Under the pieces are notes generated by a model. The model worked only from the letters and a program-made list of their open reading frames with translations, was not told the origin of the DNA and ran no database searches. The position numbers and the translations under genes were made by a program. Of a stretch of DNA of 64,000 nt, positions 38,564-48,440 are shown piece by piece. The stretch is from an uncultured Nitrosopumilaceae archaeon (lineage in GTDB: Archaea; Thermoproteota; Nitrososphaeria; Nitrososphaerales; Nitrosopumilaceae), in contig CAZEFL010000001.1 in the NCBI GenBank assembly GCA_964511485.1, positions 14,259 through 78,258 of the forward strand. The letters run 5' to 3'. How positions within the stretch are numbered: position 1 is the first letter of the stretch; each line of letters begins with the position of its first letter.

Positions 38564-39220
38564 TTGAATTCTATTGATGTGAAACCTATTGATCTTACAC
38601 TGACAATTTCTGAAACTATTCCTAGTTTTCCTGGTTCGCCAAAACCACAATTTATCCATTGGTCTAATCTAAAAGATGATGGATATAACTTAGAATTATT
38701 ATTTCTGAGTTCACACACTGGAACTCATCTTGATGCACCATATCATTTTGCAAAAAATGGAGCAAAAATTAATCAAATCCCGTTAGATCGATTATTAGGA
38801 AAAGCTATCTTAATTAAATTACAAAAAACTAAGAACACACCTATTACAAAATCTGATATTCTTTTATTTGAAAAAAATAATTTTAAAATTCCAACCTTTT
38901 CTTCAATATTTTTTTACACTGGATGGCAAAAAAATTTGAAAGAAAATAATTATTTTTTGGAAAATCCTGGACTGAATTTAGCAGCAGCCAAATATCTTAC
39001 ATCAAAAAAAGTTAATCTTATTGGGATAGATTCTCCCAGCATAGATCTTGGAAAAGATCATTCATTTTGTGTTCATAATATTTTATCAAAAAATAATATT
39101 TTGATTGTAGAAAATTTAACAAATCTAAATAAAATTACAACAAACGAATTTAATTTTACAATACTTCCATTAAAGCTTAAAGACGCAACAGGTTCTCCTG
39201 TGAGAGCAATTGCATTGTAG
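38564..39220 (+). CDS. Cyclase/kynurenine formamidase-family protein
   Basis: HTGTHLDAPYH, IGIDSPS, IVENL, GSPVRA. Confidence 0.92.
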   Translation: MNSIDVKPIDLTLTISETIPSFPGSPKPQFIHWSNLKDDGYNLELLFLSSHTGTHLDAPYHFAKNGAKINQIPLDRLLGKAILIKLQKTKNTPITKSDILLFEKNNFKIPTFSSIFFYTGWQKNLKENNYFLENPGLNLAAAKYLTSKKVNLIGIDSPSIDLGKDHSFCVHNILSKNNILIVENLTNLNKITTNEFNFTILPLKLKDATGSPVRAIAL

Positions 39221-39274
39221 TTTATTCTTAAATAATTTCGTAATGCTAAAAACAGGCGAATATTGATACAACAT

Positions 39275-39769
39275 ATGAGTAAACCTGGAAATATTTGGAG
39301 AAAAGTACATGGGAAAATAACCAAAAAACCAACTAACTTTTCATGGCTAATTGAAGAAAAATTATCTGGTTCAGGCATGCCAACAAGTTTTGATGAATTT
39401 AATTGGATTGTAAATCAAGGCGTAAAATCAATTGTTACGATGACTGAAAACTCATTACCAGATGAATGGGTACAACGTGTTGATTATTTGCATGTTCCAA
39501 CACCTGATTTTGCTGCACCTGATATGGATAAAATAGAATCTGCAGTAGATTTTATCCATGAACAAATCAAAAATGATCAATCAGTAATGGTTCATTGTGC
39601 AGCTGGATTGGGAAGGGCAGGAACAATCCTTGCATGTTATTTTGTAAAATATAAAAAATTCACTGCGAAAAAAGCAATTGAGAAAATAAGAAGTGATAGA
39701 CCTGGTTCTATTCAATCTGAAGTACAAGAATTAGCTATTGGTTTTTTTGAAAAACATGTTAAAAATTAG
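39275..39769 (+). CDS. Dual-specificity protein phosphatase (Cdc14/DUSP23-like)
   Basis: NFSW, PDFAAP, VHCAAGLGRAG, RPGSIQ; start taken at ATG 39275. Confidence 0.92.
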   Translation: MSKPGNIWRKVHGKITKKPTNFSWLIEEKLSGSGMPTSFDEFNWIVNQGVKSIVTMTENSLPDEWVQRVDYLHVPTPDFAAPDMDKIESAVDFIHEQIKNDQSVMVHCAAGLGRAGTILACYFVKYKKFTAKKAIEKIRSDRPGSIQSEVQELAIGFFEKHVKN

Positions 39770-39770
39770 T

Positions 39771-39917
39771 TTATACAAATTCTGAAACTAATTTTCCGTC
39801 TACAATTTTAATCTTCAAAGTTTTATTCTCTTGAAAGAATAATGTTAACTCATTACCTGAATCAGAATCTTCTACTTTGACAAGTTCTAATAGTTTGATT
39901 GCATCAAATTTTTCCAT
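39771..39917 (-). CDS. 48-aa microprotein (not in ORF track), paralog of 39927-40079
   Basis: MEKFDAIKLLELVKVEDSDSGNELTLFFQENKTLKIKIVDGKLVSEFV; AGGTGA SD-like site just upstream. Confidence 0.8.
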   Translation of the reverse strand: MEKFDAIKLLELVKVEDSDSGNELTLFFQENKTLKIKIVDGKLVSEFV

Positions 39918-39926
39918 CTAATTCAC

Positions 39927-40079
39927 CTATTCTGGAATTGATACCGTCTCAATTTTTCCGTCAACTGCTTTGATAAATAAAAATCTGTTATCTTTAATGA
40001 TAAATGTAATTCCACCTTCTTTATCTGGTTCTTCAACTTCAAGAATTGGTTGTCCTAAAAGACCATCATATTTTGCCAT
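39927..40079 (-). CDS. 50-aa microprotein (not in ORF track)
   Basis: MAKYDGLLGQPILEVEEPDKEGGITFIIKDNRFLFIKAVDGKIETVSIPE. Confidence 0.8.
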   Translation of the reverse strand: MAKYDGLLGQPILEVEEPDKEGGITFIIKDNRFLFIKAVDGKIETVSIPE

Positions 40080-40111
40080 TTACTATTTCACTCAAAAAGT
40101 TCCTTATATCC

Positions 40112-40648
40112 CTAATTGATTGTAATCTCAATTTCATTAGAGTTATTTTTGATGTTTCCTGGTTCTGCATAATCATGTTTTTGCCATGATGCAAATGCTT
40201 CAGAACCTATCTTGTGATTACCTTTTCCTAAATCTGATGCTTTGAAAACAAATTTCTCATTAAAATCAAATAATTCTTCTCTTACTTCTTCTTCTGTTAA
40301 TCTGATAAATGGCTCAAAATTTTTAGCTACTTGAACCCATACTCTTCTATCCTTCATTGGATTGACAAGTTTTGGATTTCTTGTCCAAAAAATAGAGGCT
40401 TTTCTATACGTATCAATAGTTTTACCTATCTCTTTTTTCCTGAATCCTCCTGATGTTAATTTTATTCCATATTTCATCTTAAATGAGGCATCATAATTGT
40501 TGTATGCTTTAGTCCAATTTACCTCATTGAAAGCATCTCTGAGGTCTCCCTCAACTGAAAATTGAACATTTATCTCCACATTTTCATCAGATGAGTACTC
40601 ATCTTTGGTTTTTATCAATTTGATATCAGAAATTCGGCTTTCTCCCAT
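40112..40648 (-). CDS. Hypothetical protein
   Basis: 178-aa ORF with normal codon usage; no family recognised. Confidence 0.75.
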   Translation of the reverse strand: MGESRISDIKLIKTKDEYSSDENVEINVQFSVEGDLRDAFNEVNWTKAYNNYDASFKMKYGIKLTSGGFRKKEIGKTIDTYRKASIFWTRNPKLVNPMKDRRVWVQVAKNFEPFIRLTEEEVREELFDFNEKFVFKASDLGKGNHKIGSEAFASWQKHDYAEPGNIKNNSNEIEITIN

Positions 40649-40699
40649 TCTTCTCGCTCATAATGATTTATATCCACAATAAGTGTTTTTTTGGATTAC

Positions 40700-40978
40700 A
40701 TGGATCTTGAAGTAATAAATTCTGAATCAAAAGAAATGAGTCTTTCAATGAAAGATGCTGATATTGGACTATTATACATAATTCAGCACGAACTTCTAAA
40801 ACAATCAGATGTAGATTTTGCTGGTGTAATTGTAAAACATCCTCTTAAAAATGAAATTTGGATGAGAATCACTTCTAATTCAAAACCACTAGGTGAGATT
40901 AAGAAGGCTACAGATACGGCAATAAAAATATCTGATGAGTTAAAACAACTAGTTAATTCTAAAATTCAGGTAAATTAG
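40700..40978 (+). CDS. rpo11: RNA polymerase subunit Rpo11 (RpoL)
   Basis: VDFAG..HPL motif; leads the rpoL-tfs-pcn cluster; ATG at 40700. Confidence 0.88.
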   Translation: MDLEVINSESKEMSLSMKDADIGLLYIIQHELLKQSDVDFAGVIVKHPLKNEIWMRITSNSKPLGEIKKATDTAIKISDELKQLVNSKIQVN

Positions 40979-40979
40979 A

Positions 40980-41285
40980 TTGAAGTTTTGCCCTAAATGT
41001 GAGGTCAAATTAAAAAAAGGCAATTGCCCCAAATGTGATTATTCTGAAATTAATAAAGCAGAGAAAACAAAAAAAATAAGCTCAGAAGAAGAACCAGATT
41101 TTTCATTACTTGCATTTGAAGGAAATGAGGGAGAAGAATCAAACCCAACAATCAAAATGGATTGTGAAAAATGTGGTCATGATGAGGCAGTTTGGTGGAT
41201 GTTTCAAACTAGAAGTGCAGATGAACCTACAACTAGATTTTATCGTTGCCAGAAATGTAAATACACCTGGCGTGATTACACATAA
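40980..41285 (+). CDS. tfs: Transcription factor S (TFS)
   Basis: FCPKC N-terminal ribbon; CEKC..QTRSADEPTTRFYRCQKC. Confidence 0.95.
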   Translation: MKFCPKCEVKLKKGNCPKCDYSEINKAEKTKKISSEEEPDFSLLAFEGNEGEESNPTIKMDCEKCGHDEAVWWMFQTRSADEPTTRFYRCQKCKYTWRDYT

Positions 41286-41319
41286 CGTTTAACTGGAACT
41301 TTAAGTCAAGAAAATTGAT

Positions 41320-42066
41320 TTGACTTTTGAAGCAAAAACAAGTGGTTCAGATGATCTAAAGGCAATCATTTCAGCAATTTCTACACTTGTTGAAGAAGCT
41401 ACTTTTGTTGCAACAGCCGAAGGAATTTCTTTTAGAGGAATGGATCCTTCTCATGTCGCATTAATTGATATATCTTGGCCAAATTCTGCATTTGAAAAAT
41501 ATGAATGTGACAGTGACATAAAATTTGGAGTCAGAATAGATGAATTTTCTAAACTTATCAAAAGAGCTGCTAAAACAGATAGCATTGAAATTAGTATTTC
41601 TGATCAAAACATGTTACTTGTTACAGTTGGAAAAAATAAAAAATACAAAATGCGTTTAATTGAAAGCTCTGCAACAGATACTCCATTACCAAAAATTCCA
41701 TATGATTCAAAAATTATTCTATCATCTTCAAAATTTGATAAAATTTTAGGAGACGTTCAAGTTGTATCTGATTATCTGACAATACAAACTGTTGACTCAA
41801 ATGCAGATTTTTCAGGCAAGGGTGATTCTGGTGAAGTCGTGATTGATCTAGACAAAGATGACGAAGAAATTGAAGGAATTTCTTCAAAAGAAGACGCTGT
41901 TGGAACTTACAGCCTAGAATATCTTAATCCAGTAGTAAAAGCCGTAGGATCCACTGCTGGTTTTATTACATGTGAATTTTCAAGCGCAAAACCTCTAAGA
42001 ATTGAATTTAAAGTAGCAAATATTGGAAGAATTCACTTTTACTTGGCTCCACGCGTGGAAAGTTAA
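41320..42066 (+). CDS. pcn: PCNA sliding clamp
   Basis: GMDPSHVALI, YSLEYL, PLRIEF, FYLAPR. Confidence 0.97.
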   Translation: MTFEAKTSGSDDLKAIISAISTLVEEATFVATAEGISFRGMDPSHVALIDISWPNSAFEKYECDSDIKFGVRIDEFSKLIKRAAKTDSIEISISDQNMLLVTVGKNKKYKMRLIESSATDTPLPKIPYDSKIILSSSKFDKILGDVQVVSDYLTIQTVDSNADFSGKGDSGEVVIDLDKDDEEIEGISSKEDAVGTYSLEYLNPVVKAVGSTAGFITCEFSSAKPLRIEFKVANIGRIHFYLAPRVES

Positions 42067-42101
42067 AGCATTTAAAGATTAACAAATTCAGGTATTTTGA
42101 A

Positions 42102-43505
42102 TTGAAACTTGTAATAAAATATGGTGGAACATCAATATCTTCTGCAAAAGATATCACTGCTATAGCAAAATATTTGAATTCTCTGTCAACAAAAAATCAG
42201 ATTGTAGTTGTTTGTTCTGCAATGAGTGGAACTACTGATGATCTAATAGGAATATCTGAGTCAATAAAAAAAGAAAATAAAGCAAAAGGAGAACAACTTG
42301 CATCAAAAATTATCCATAGGCATAAACAATTGGCTAAACAAACAATCAAAAAATCTGAAATCAGAAAAAAATTATTAACAAAATTAGATCAGGACTTTGC
42401 AGAACTTCTTGCATTAATTGATGGAATGGTATTGTTAGGTGAAGTAACATCAAGATCAATGGACTACCTAATTTCATTTGGAGAAAGATTATCAATAAAA
42501 TTAATTTCATCAGCACTTAATGATTCCGGCAAAAAATCAATTCCTCTTACTGGAAAAGAAGTAGGAATCGTAACTGATTCTAATTTTGGGGAATCAAAAC
42601 CATTAATGGATACAACAAGATTAAGAACATCAAAAACAATTGATGCTCTGTTTTCAAAGAAAACAATTCCTGTCGTAGGTGGATTTGTAGGTGCTGATCA
42701 ACATGGACATGTAACAACTTTTGGTAGGGGTGGTTCTGACTATTCGGCAACTACAATTGGATCTTCTATCAAAGCAGATGAAATTTGGTTGATGAGTGAT
42801 GTAGATGGATTAATGACAGCAGATCCAAAGATTGTCAAAAATGCAAAATTGCTTAAAGAAGTTTCATATGTTGAAGCAGTTGAAATGGCTTTGTTTGGAG
42901 CAAAACAAATACACCCACGAACATTTGAGCCATTATTAACAAAGAAAATACCGATGAAAATTCGAAGCTCTTTCAATCTAAAAAATGAAGGAACACTGGT
43001 ATCTGCTTCTCCTTCAAAAACTGTAAAAAATACTGTGAAATGTGTAAGTTATGTTAGAAACAATGGACTAATCGATATTAGAGGAGGTAGTATGGTTGGC
43101 AATCCTGGTACTGCAGCAAAAATATTTGAAACATTGGCAAAAGCTGGAATTAACGTAATGATGATTTCACAAAATCCATCAGAATCAAGTATAACTATAG
43201 TTGTTAAAAATACTGATCTTGATAAAGCAACAAGTTCTTTGGAATTGGGATTGTTAGGAAAAATTATCAAAAAGCTAGAAGTTACTACCGATGTTGCAAT
43301 TATTGCTTTAATAGGTTCAGGAATGCGAGGTACGGTTGGAGTTGCATCAAAAGTATTTTCCGCAGTTCAGAAAAATAAAGTCAACGTATCAATGATTACT
43401 CAAGGTTCATCTGAACTTAATCTTGCATTTGTTGTAAAAAATTCTGATACAAATACAGTAGTACGTGCTTTACATAATGAATTTGTATTAGACAAAATTA
43501 ATTGA
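42102..43505 (+). CDS. lysC: Aspartate kinase
   Basis: KYGGTS, SFGERLS, GRGGSDYSA, DVDGLMTADP, two ACT domains. Confidence 0.95.
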   Translation: MKLVIKYGGTSISSAKDITAIAKYLNSLSTKNQIVVVCSAMSGTTDDLIGISESIKKENKAKGEQLASKIIHRHKQLAKQTIKKSEIRKKLLTKLDQDFAELLALIDGMVLLGEVTSRSMDYLISFGERLSIKLISSALNDSGKKSIPLTGKEVGIVTDSNFGESKPLMDTTRLRTSKTIDALFSKKTIPVVGGFVGADQHGHVTTFGRGGSDYSATTIGSSIKADEIWLMSDVDGLMTADPKIVKNAKLLKEVSYVEAVEMALFGAKQIHPRTFEPLLTKKIPMKIRSSFNLKNEGTLVSASPSKTVKNTVKCVSYVRNNGLIDIRGGSMVGNPGTAAKIFETLAKAGINVMMISQNPSESSITIVVKNTDLDKATSSLELGLLGKIIKKLEVTTDVAIIALIGSGMRGTVGVASKVFSAVQKNKVNVSMITQGSSELNLAFVVKNSDTNTVVRALHNEFVLDKIN

Positions 43506-43654
43506 AGAGAAATAATTTAGAGGAATAATTTCAACCAGACTAACTCTAAATAATGGATCTGTGATATTTTGCCTCAAATGAGTATTTTTGATATCAATTT
43601 TAATAACCATTTCACTAAAAGGATAAATTACTTAATAAAAAATTTATTTTAAAA

Positions 43655-44449
43655 TTGACTGGTAAACTCTACATTGTTGGTGTTGGTCCTGGCCATAATG
43701 ACCATATGACATTTCGAGCAAAAAAAGCAATTGTTGAAAGTGATATTATTGTTGGATATGAAACTTATGTAAATTTGGTTTCAGATCTAATTGAAGGTAA
43801 AACAGTTTATCGATATGCAATGACACAAGAAGTTGAAAGAGCACACCAATGTATTGATCTTGCAAAATCAGGAAAAATTGTTTCACTTGTGTCCAGTGGT
43901 GATCCAGGAATTTATGGAATGGCTGGATTGATTTATGAAACACTTGCAGAAACTGGATGGAACCCAAAAGATGGTCTGAAAGTTGAAATTATTCCTGGTG
44001 TATCTGCACTTAACTCATGTGCGTCAATTATTGGCTCACCTCTAATGACAGATTTTGCAGTAGTAAGTATGAGTGATTTATTGGTTCCATGGAAAGTAAT
44101 TAAAAAAAGAGTTGAAGCAGCAGCCAAGGGTGATTTTGTAATTGTTATTTACAATCCCGCTAGCAAGAAAAGAATTCATCAACTACAAGAAACTAGAGAA
44201 ACTCTTCTAAAATATAGAAAACCTACAACCCCTGTTGCAATAATCAAGGGTGCATTTAGAGAATCTGAAACAATAGTTATGACTGATTTAGAAAATTTAC
44301 CCAAACATTCAGACACATTAGGAATGATTAGTACTGTAATTATTGGAAATTCTTCAACTTATACCTACAAAGATTTGATGATCAATCCCAGAGGTTACAA
44401 GTCAAAATACAATTTAGAAGAGCAAACAAATCCTAATCTAAAAGTCTAA
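43655..44449 (+). CDS. cobJ: Precorrin-3B C17-methyltransferase
   Basis: VGVGPG, SSGDPGIYGMAG, SMSDLLVPW, YNPAS, NPRGY. Confidence 0.93.
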   Translation: MTGKLYIVGVGPGHNDHMTFRAKKAIVESDIIVGYETYVNLVSDLIEGKTVYRYAMTQEVERAHQCIDLAKSGKIVSLVSSGDPGIYGMAGLIYETLAETGWNPKDGLKVEIIPGVSALNSCASIIGSPLMTDFAVVSMSDLLVPWKVIKKRVEAAAKGDFVIVIYNPASKKRIHQLQETRETLLKYRKPTTPVAIIKGAFRESETIVMTDLENLPKHSDTLGMISTVIIGNSSTYTYKDLMINPRGYKSKYNLEEQTNPNLKV

Positions 44450-45492
44450 AAACTCTTCTTAATTGCTTCGTGAATTTCTTCACTCAAATCCAATTTTTCT
44501 CTAATTGGAGAAACTATTTTTACTAAATAATTTCCAACAGTTTGTTTCAAATCACCTGGATGCAATTTTTTATCAACAAAGTCTGCTTCAAGTTGATTGT
44601 AATCAAAATATGATATATTACCACCAAACTTTTCAGGTCTTTCAACATTCATTTCATTAAATTCATGGAAAATTACTGTTTTTGCAATTTCTAATAATGG
44701 GTTATTCTGAATGTTTGCTTCTTCACACCATGCTTTACTAATTTTTTTCTTTATCTCATCGTCATTGTTATGAATAAAAATACCTGAATTTGGATCTGAT
44801 TTACTCATCTTTCCTACTATTTGAGAACTATTGGTATCTGCAGGTTTTGAAAGTCCTGGCAATAATTTATGGTGAACAGCTACTGGAACTTTCCATTTCA
44901 TTTTAGGAAATATTTCTCTTACTAACATGTGGATTTTTCTCTGATCCATTCCAGCATGAGCAATATCAACATCTAAAGAATGAATATCAACTGCTTGCAT
45001 TGCTGGATAAAGCAACTTTGCAACATCTATTTTTTTATCATCTTCAGAACGACCCATAATTGTTAAAGTTCTCATTGTTCTAGCAATTGACATATGTTTT
45101 GTAAATTTAACAAGCTCAGACCAATATTCTGTTTTTTCTTCATATAATTTTGAACCTAAAACAATTTCTGCATCAGGACAAACTAATTTGAATGCGTCTT
45201 GATAATATTTAGAAACCTTTGAAATTGTTTCCCAGTCTCCACCTAATTTATCATTAATCAGAGTATGCCAATCTGCAAGAAAAATTTTACATTTTACACC
45301 AGCTTTTGCAAAATCGTTAATTTTGAAACCGGTACTAATCAAACTTCCAAGATGTAAGAATCCGGAAATCTCTAAACCAATGTAATGTTTTGGAGATGAA
45401 TTTGTCTTGAATAATTCAATTAATTCATCATGCGTAACTACTTCTTCAGTTGGTGGTCTTTGAATCAAGTCAACTTTTTCTGTAATATCCAA
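44446..45492 (-). CDS. tyrS: Tyrosyl-tRNA synthetase
   Basis: YIGLEISGFLHLG, YPAMQAVD, GMDQRK, KMSKS; likely TTG start at 45492. Confidence 0.95.
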   Translation of the reverse strand: MDITEKVDLIQRPPTEEVVTHDELIELFKTNSSPKHYIGLEISGFLHLGSLISTGFKINDFAKAGVKCKIFLADWHTLINDKLGGDWETISKVSKYYQDAFKLVCPDAEIVLGSKLYEEKTEYWSELVKFTKHMSIARTMRTLTIMGRSEDDKKIDVAKLLYPAMQAVDIHSLDVDIAHAGMDQRKIHMLVREIFPKMKWKVPVAVHHKLLPGLSKPADTNSSQIVGKMSKSDPNSGIFIHNNDDEIKKKISKAWCEEANIQNNPLLEIAKTVIFHEFNEMNVERPEKFGGNISYFDYNQLEADFVDKKLHPGDLKQTVGNYLVKIVSPIREKLDLSEEIHEAIKKSF

Positions 45493-45570
45493 ATCAAAAC
45501 AGCTTTTGAGCTGTAAACGTATAAAGTTATTCAAAAGTGATATTGAATCTGAAACCTATGAATATCTGTC

Positions 45571-45786
45571 ATGTATATGGGGATTATGACTCTTGAGGAT
45601 GGACTAGAATTAATTGAAAATTATAAGAGAGGACTCAAAAAATTTTTAGATCTGCTACCTGAACAATCAGTTCAATTAGGTCCTGAAATGATCAAAACCC
45701 TGACAATGAATTCTAAAAATGAAATCAAAAATTTAGAATCAATTGAAAAAGCTCTTAAACGTTCAACAAAACACGAATCCAGTTAA
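45571..45786 (+). CDS. Small helical hypothetical protein
   Basis: 71-aa ORF divergent from tyrS. Confidence 0.7.
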   Translation: MYMGIMTLEDGLELIENYKRGLKKFLDLLPEQSVQLGPEMIKTLTMNSKNEIKNLESIEKALKRSTKHESS

Positions 45787-45808
45787 TCTGAATGAATTTC
45801 TTAATTTT

Positions 45809-46387
45809 TTATTCATCTAAGCTTTTTCTAGGTTTTATGCTAAGATAAAATGCATGTGTGCTAATTATAAAAGCCGCAAGAAATACTTTGGTTGCAAAAA
45901 CTAAATTCCATGGTCTATCTGGATCTGGATACGCTACTGATAATCTATCTATATCTGGAACAACTCCATTAATTACTCCTGCAGCAATTTGTGCATTTAA
46001 TACTGTAAAATTGTATAATACTTCGTAAAGAGCAATTATTGAAAATCCTAATAACATTAACTGAAGTAATGCCATTTTTGTTCCAACAATTTTATCACCA
46101 GCAGTTCGTCTCCAACCAATTCTAGTTACACAATACCACCCAATTATTGTAGAAAAAAATATCCAAGTTGTAACTCTGGCAAAATTTTCAAAAGGAATAG
46201 TTGTATTGTGAATTGCCTCCCCCATTACATAAGTTCCATTTTCTAACCATTCTATCATTGTCACGTATACTCCAAAAATCAAGGAAGATGCCATAATGAA
46301 TCCACATACATAGAAAATGTATAGATAAACTTTGTAACCTGAATCTGTTTTTTCAAGATGTCGAGGTTTCATAATGCCGTTTGCCAA
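45809..46387 (-). CDS. Integral membrane protein, hypothetical
   Basis: About four hydrophobic helices. Confidence 0.75.
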   Translation of the reverse strand: MANGIMKPRHLEKTDSGYKVYLYIFYVCGFIMASSLIFGVYVTMIEWLENGTYVMGEAIHNTTIPFENFARVTTWIFFSTIIGWYCVTRIGWRRTAGDKIVGTKMALLQLMLLGFSIIALYEVLYNFTVLNAQIAAGVINGVVPDIDRLSVAYPDPDRPWNLVFATKVFLAAFIISTHAFYLSIKPRKSLDE

Positions 46388-46535
46388 ATTTTGAAATATA
46401 AAAATTCATGTATCTTCAATAAGATTAAGGAATAAATTGTAGGCTTGATTACCATTGAACATTTTATTCAATCTTTTCGTAGGCAGGGAAGAGCACAAGA
46501 ATTCAAAAATTGCATTGAATTTATTGAAAAAACTA

Positions 46536-46835
46536 TTACTTTTTGAGAATAAAGGAATTGATTCTATTATTGAATATGTAAACAAGCATCAAAAAATTAA
46601 GATTATCATAGTTTGGGGAAAAGAAGTTTGAGGGAATAAATCTGGACATTCATTGTTTCAATTACATAAAAATGGAATTGATAAAAATAATAGAATAGTT
46701 AATTCTAGAGGTACAGAACCATTTCTTTGTACTTCAAAACCAAAAATACAATATTTTCAAAATAATGTCACTTTAGTGAATTTGATTAATGAAATTGATT
46801 TTGAGAAAATATCAAATAAAATTAAAACTTTCTAA
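46536..46835 (+). pseudogene. MtrA-like (corrinoid-binding methyltransferase subunit A) pseudogene
   Basis: LLFENKGIDSIIEYVNKHQKIKIIIVWGKEV*GNKSGHSLFQLHKNGI matches the MtrA EN.GI...CG.EV.GH.SG...LH.NG pattern; in-frame TGA at 46629; 5' end eroded. Confidence 0.75.
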
Positions 46836-47179
46836 TACCCATTTCTCTGTCTTTCTCGATTAATTTCGTTTTTCTTTTTGTATTCTTCTACGATGTCATC
46901 TGGTGTTAGATTTAGCTCAAGTGAAGCTTGAACAACAAAATGCCAAATATCAATTAATTCTTCTCTTGCTTCAGCTACATCAAACTTTGTTGGAGTTTTC
47001 CACCATTTCCAGTTTGTTGTTCTTTGTAGTTCTACTGCTTCATGCATAATTGCAGTACTCAGTGCAGAAATTCTACCTTCTGAATCTTTAGGATATCTAT
47101 CGAGTTTCATCATTTCTGACAATCCTTGTTGAAGTTTAAAAATTGAATCCAATCTATCTTCAGAAATTTCTTTAGACAA
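46832..47179 (-). CDS. Dimeric all-alpha dUTPase-family protein
   Basis: EAVEL, NWKWWK and REELIDIWHF motifs. Confidence 0.88.
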   Translation of the reverse strand: MSKEISEDRLDSIFKLQQGLSEMMKLDRYPKDSEGRISALSTAIMHEAVELQRTTNWKWWKTPTKFDVAEAREELIDIWHFVVQASLELNLTPDDIVEEYKKKNEINRERQRNGY

Positions 47180-47218
47180 TGATAAATTAATTTCAGAAAT
47201 TATTGAACTTAAGTCTTT

Positions 47219-48112
47219 TTAGAACTGAATCATTTTTTGATATGTTTTAATTCTTTTTGTAATATCCCCTTCTTTGATCTTTAGTAATCCATCTAATCCA
47301 TATTTTTCAACTGCAAAAGATCCTAAGATGTTTCCAAAAACTACCGATTTTTTTATTTCTGATAAAGTGGTTGATTTTTTACTTGCAAGATACCCAATCA
47401 TTGCACCTGCAAAAGAATCTCCCGCCCCTGTAGGATCTACTACATCTTTTAATGAGAACCCTGCAGTTGGGAAAATTATGTCATCATAAAACATGAGAGA
47501 ACCATGCTCACCCTTTTTAATTATCACATATTTTGCTCCCCAACCCATCATTTTTTTTGCACATTTTATCAAATTGAATTCTTTTGTAAGGAGTTTGGCC
47601 TCTTCATCATTAATTACAACTGCATCTACGGATTTTATCATCTTAATTACAGATTCTCTTTTTGTAGAAATCCAAAAATCAATTGTATCACACATAGAAA
47701 ATTTTACTTTATCAAATTCTTTTAGCAACAAAGTATTTTGTTCAGGATCGTTATTTGCAAGATATACAAATTGAGATTTTCTATAATCTTTTGGAACAGT
47801 TGGTTTGAAATCTTCAAGTACATTTAATTCTGTTTTTAAAGTTGATCTTGTACTAAGTGTATTATCATATTTTCCATCATAGCGGAATGTTTTTCCCTTT
47901 TTGATTGAGAGTCCTTGTAAATCAAGATGTTTGGATAAAATTTTATGGTATTGTTTTGGAAAATCATTTCCAACCACTGCAATTAACCCTGTATCTACAA
48001 AATTACTTGCAGATATTGCAGCAAAAGTTGCTGCACCTCCTAAAACATTCTTTAATATTTTTCTTGGAGTTCTTATAGTATCTAAAGCTGTAGAACCAAA
48101 AACAGTAAGCAT
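47219..48112 (-). CDS. PfkB-family carbohydrate/nucleoside kinase
   Basis: LGGAATFA, INDEEA, DPTGAGDSFAG; start at MLTVFG (48112). Confidence 0.92.
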   Translation of the reverse strand: MLTVFGSTALDTIRTPRKILKNVLGGAATFAAISASNFVDTGLIAVVGNDFPKQYHKILSKHLDLQGLSIKKGKTFRYDGKYDNTLSTRSTLKTELNVLEDFKPTVPKDYRKSQFVYLANNDPEQNTLLLKEFDKVKFSMCDTIDFWISTKRESVIKMIKSVDAVVINDEEAKLLTKEFNLIKCAKKMMGWGAKYVIIKKGEHGSLMFYDDIIFPTAGFSLKDVVDPTGAGDSFAGAMIGYLASKKSTTLSEIKKSVVFGNILGSFAVEKYGLDGLLKIKEGDITKRIKTYQKMIQF

Positions 48113-48440
48113 TTGAGAAGACCTTATTTTTGATGTATAAATGGCTTGTTTGTTTGCTGTATTATTAACAAGCAAAATAATAACAAATGTTGCCAAAATA
48201 TTGTTTCTCAAAAATTTTTTCTAAATAATTCTCATTTCAATTTGGGATTAATATGAAAAATATCATACATTAATGCTATTCAAGACAGTAAAAAGCATAA
48301 TCCTAACTGTAATTTACCCACAATTTCATTATTTTAAATTAAAATGAAAAAACACCCAAAAAATTGTGTAAAAGTTTTGATTTACTCTTTAACCACATTA
48401 GAGCTAACCAAATAAATCAAAATTAAACAATACTTTCTCA

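Noticed and set aside
43506-43654. Cobalamin riboswitch or ncRNA upstream of cobJ
   Set aside because: Only an 8-bp inverted repeat (ATTTAGAG/CTCTAAAT) in AT-rich sequence; no B12-box or conserved riboswitch core seen.
46629-46631. TGA as selenocysteine or readthrough in the MtrA-like frame
   Set aside because: The position is not a Cys site in the MtrA pattern, and other lesions (lost His ligand, eroded 5' end) indicate decay.
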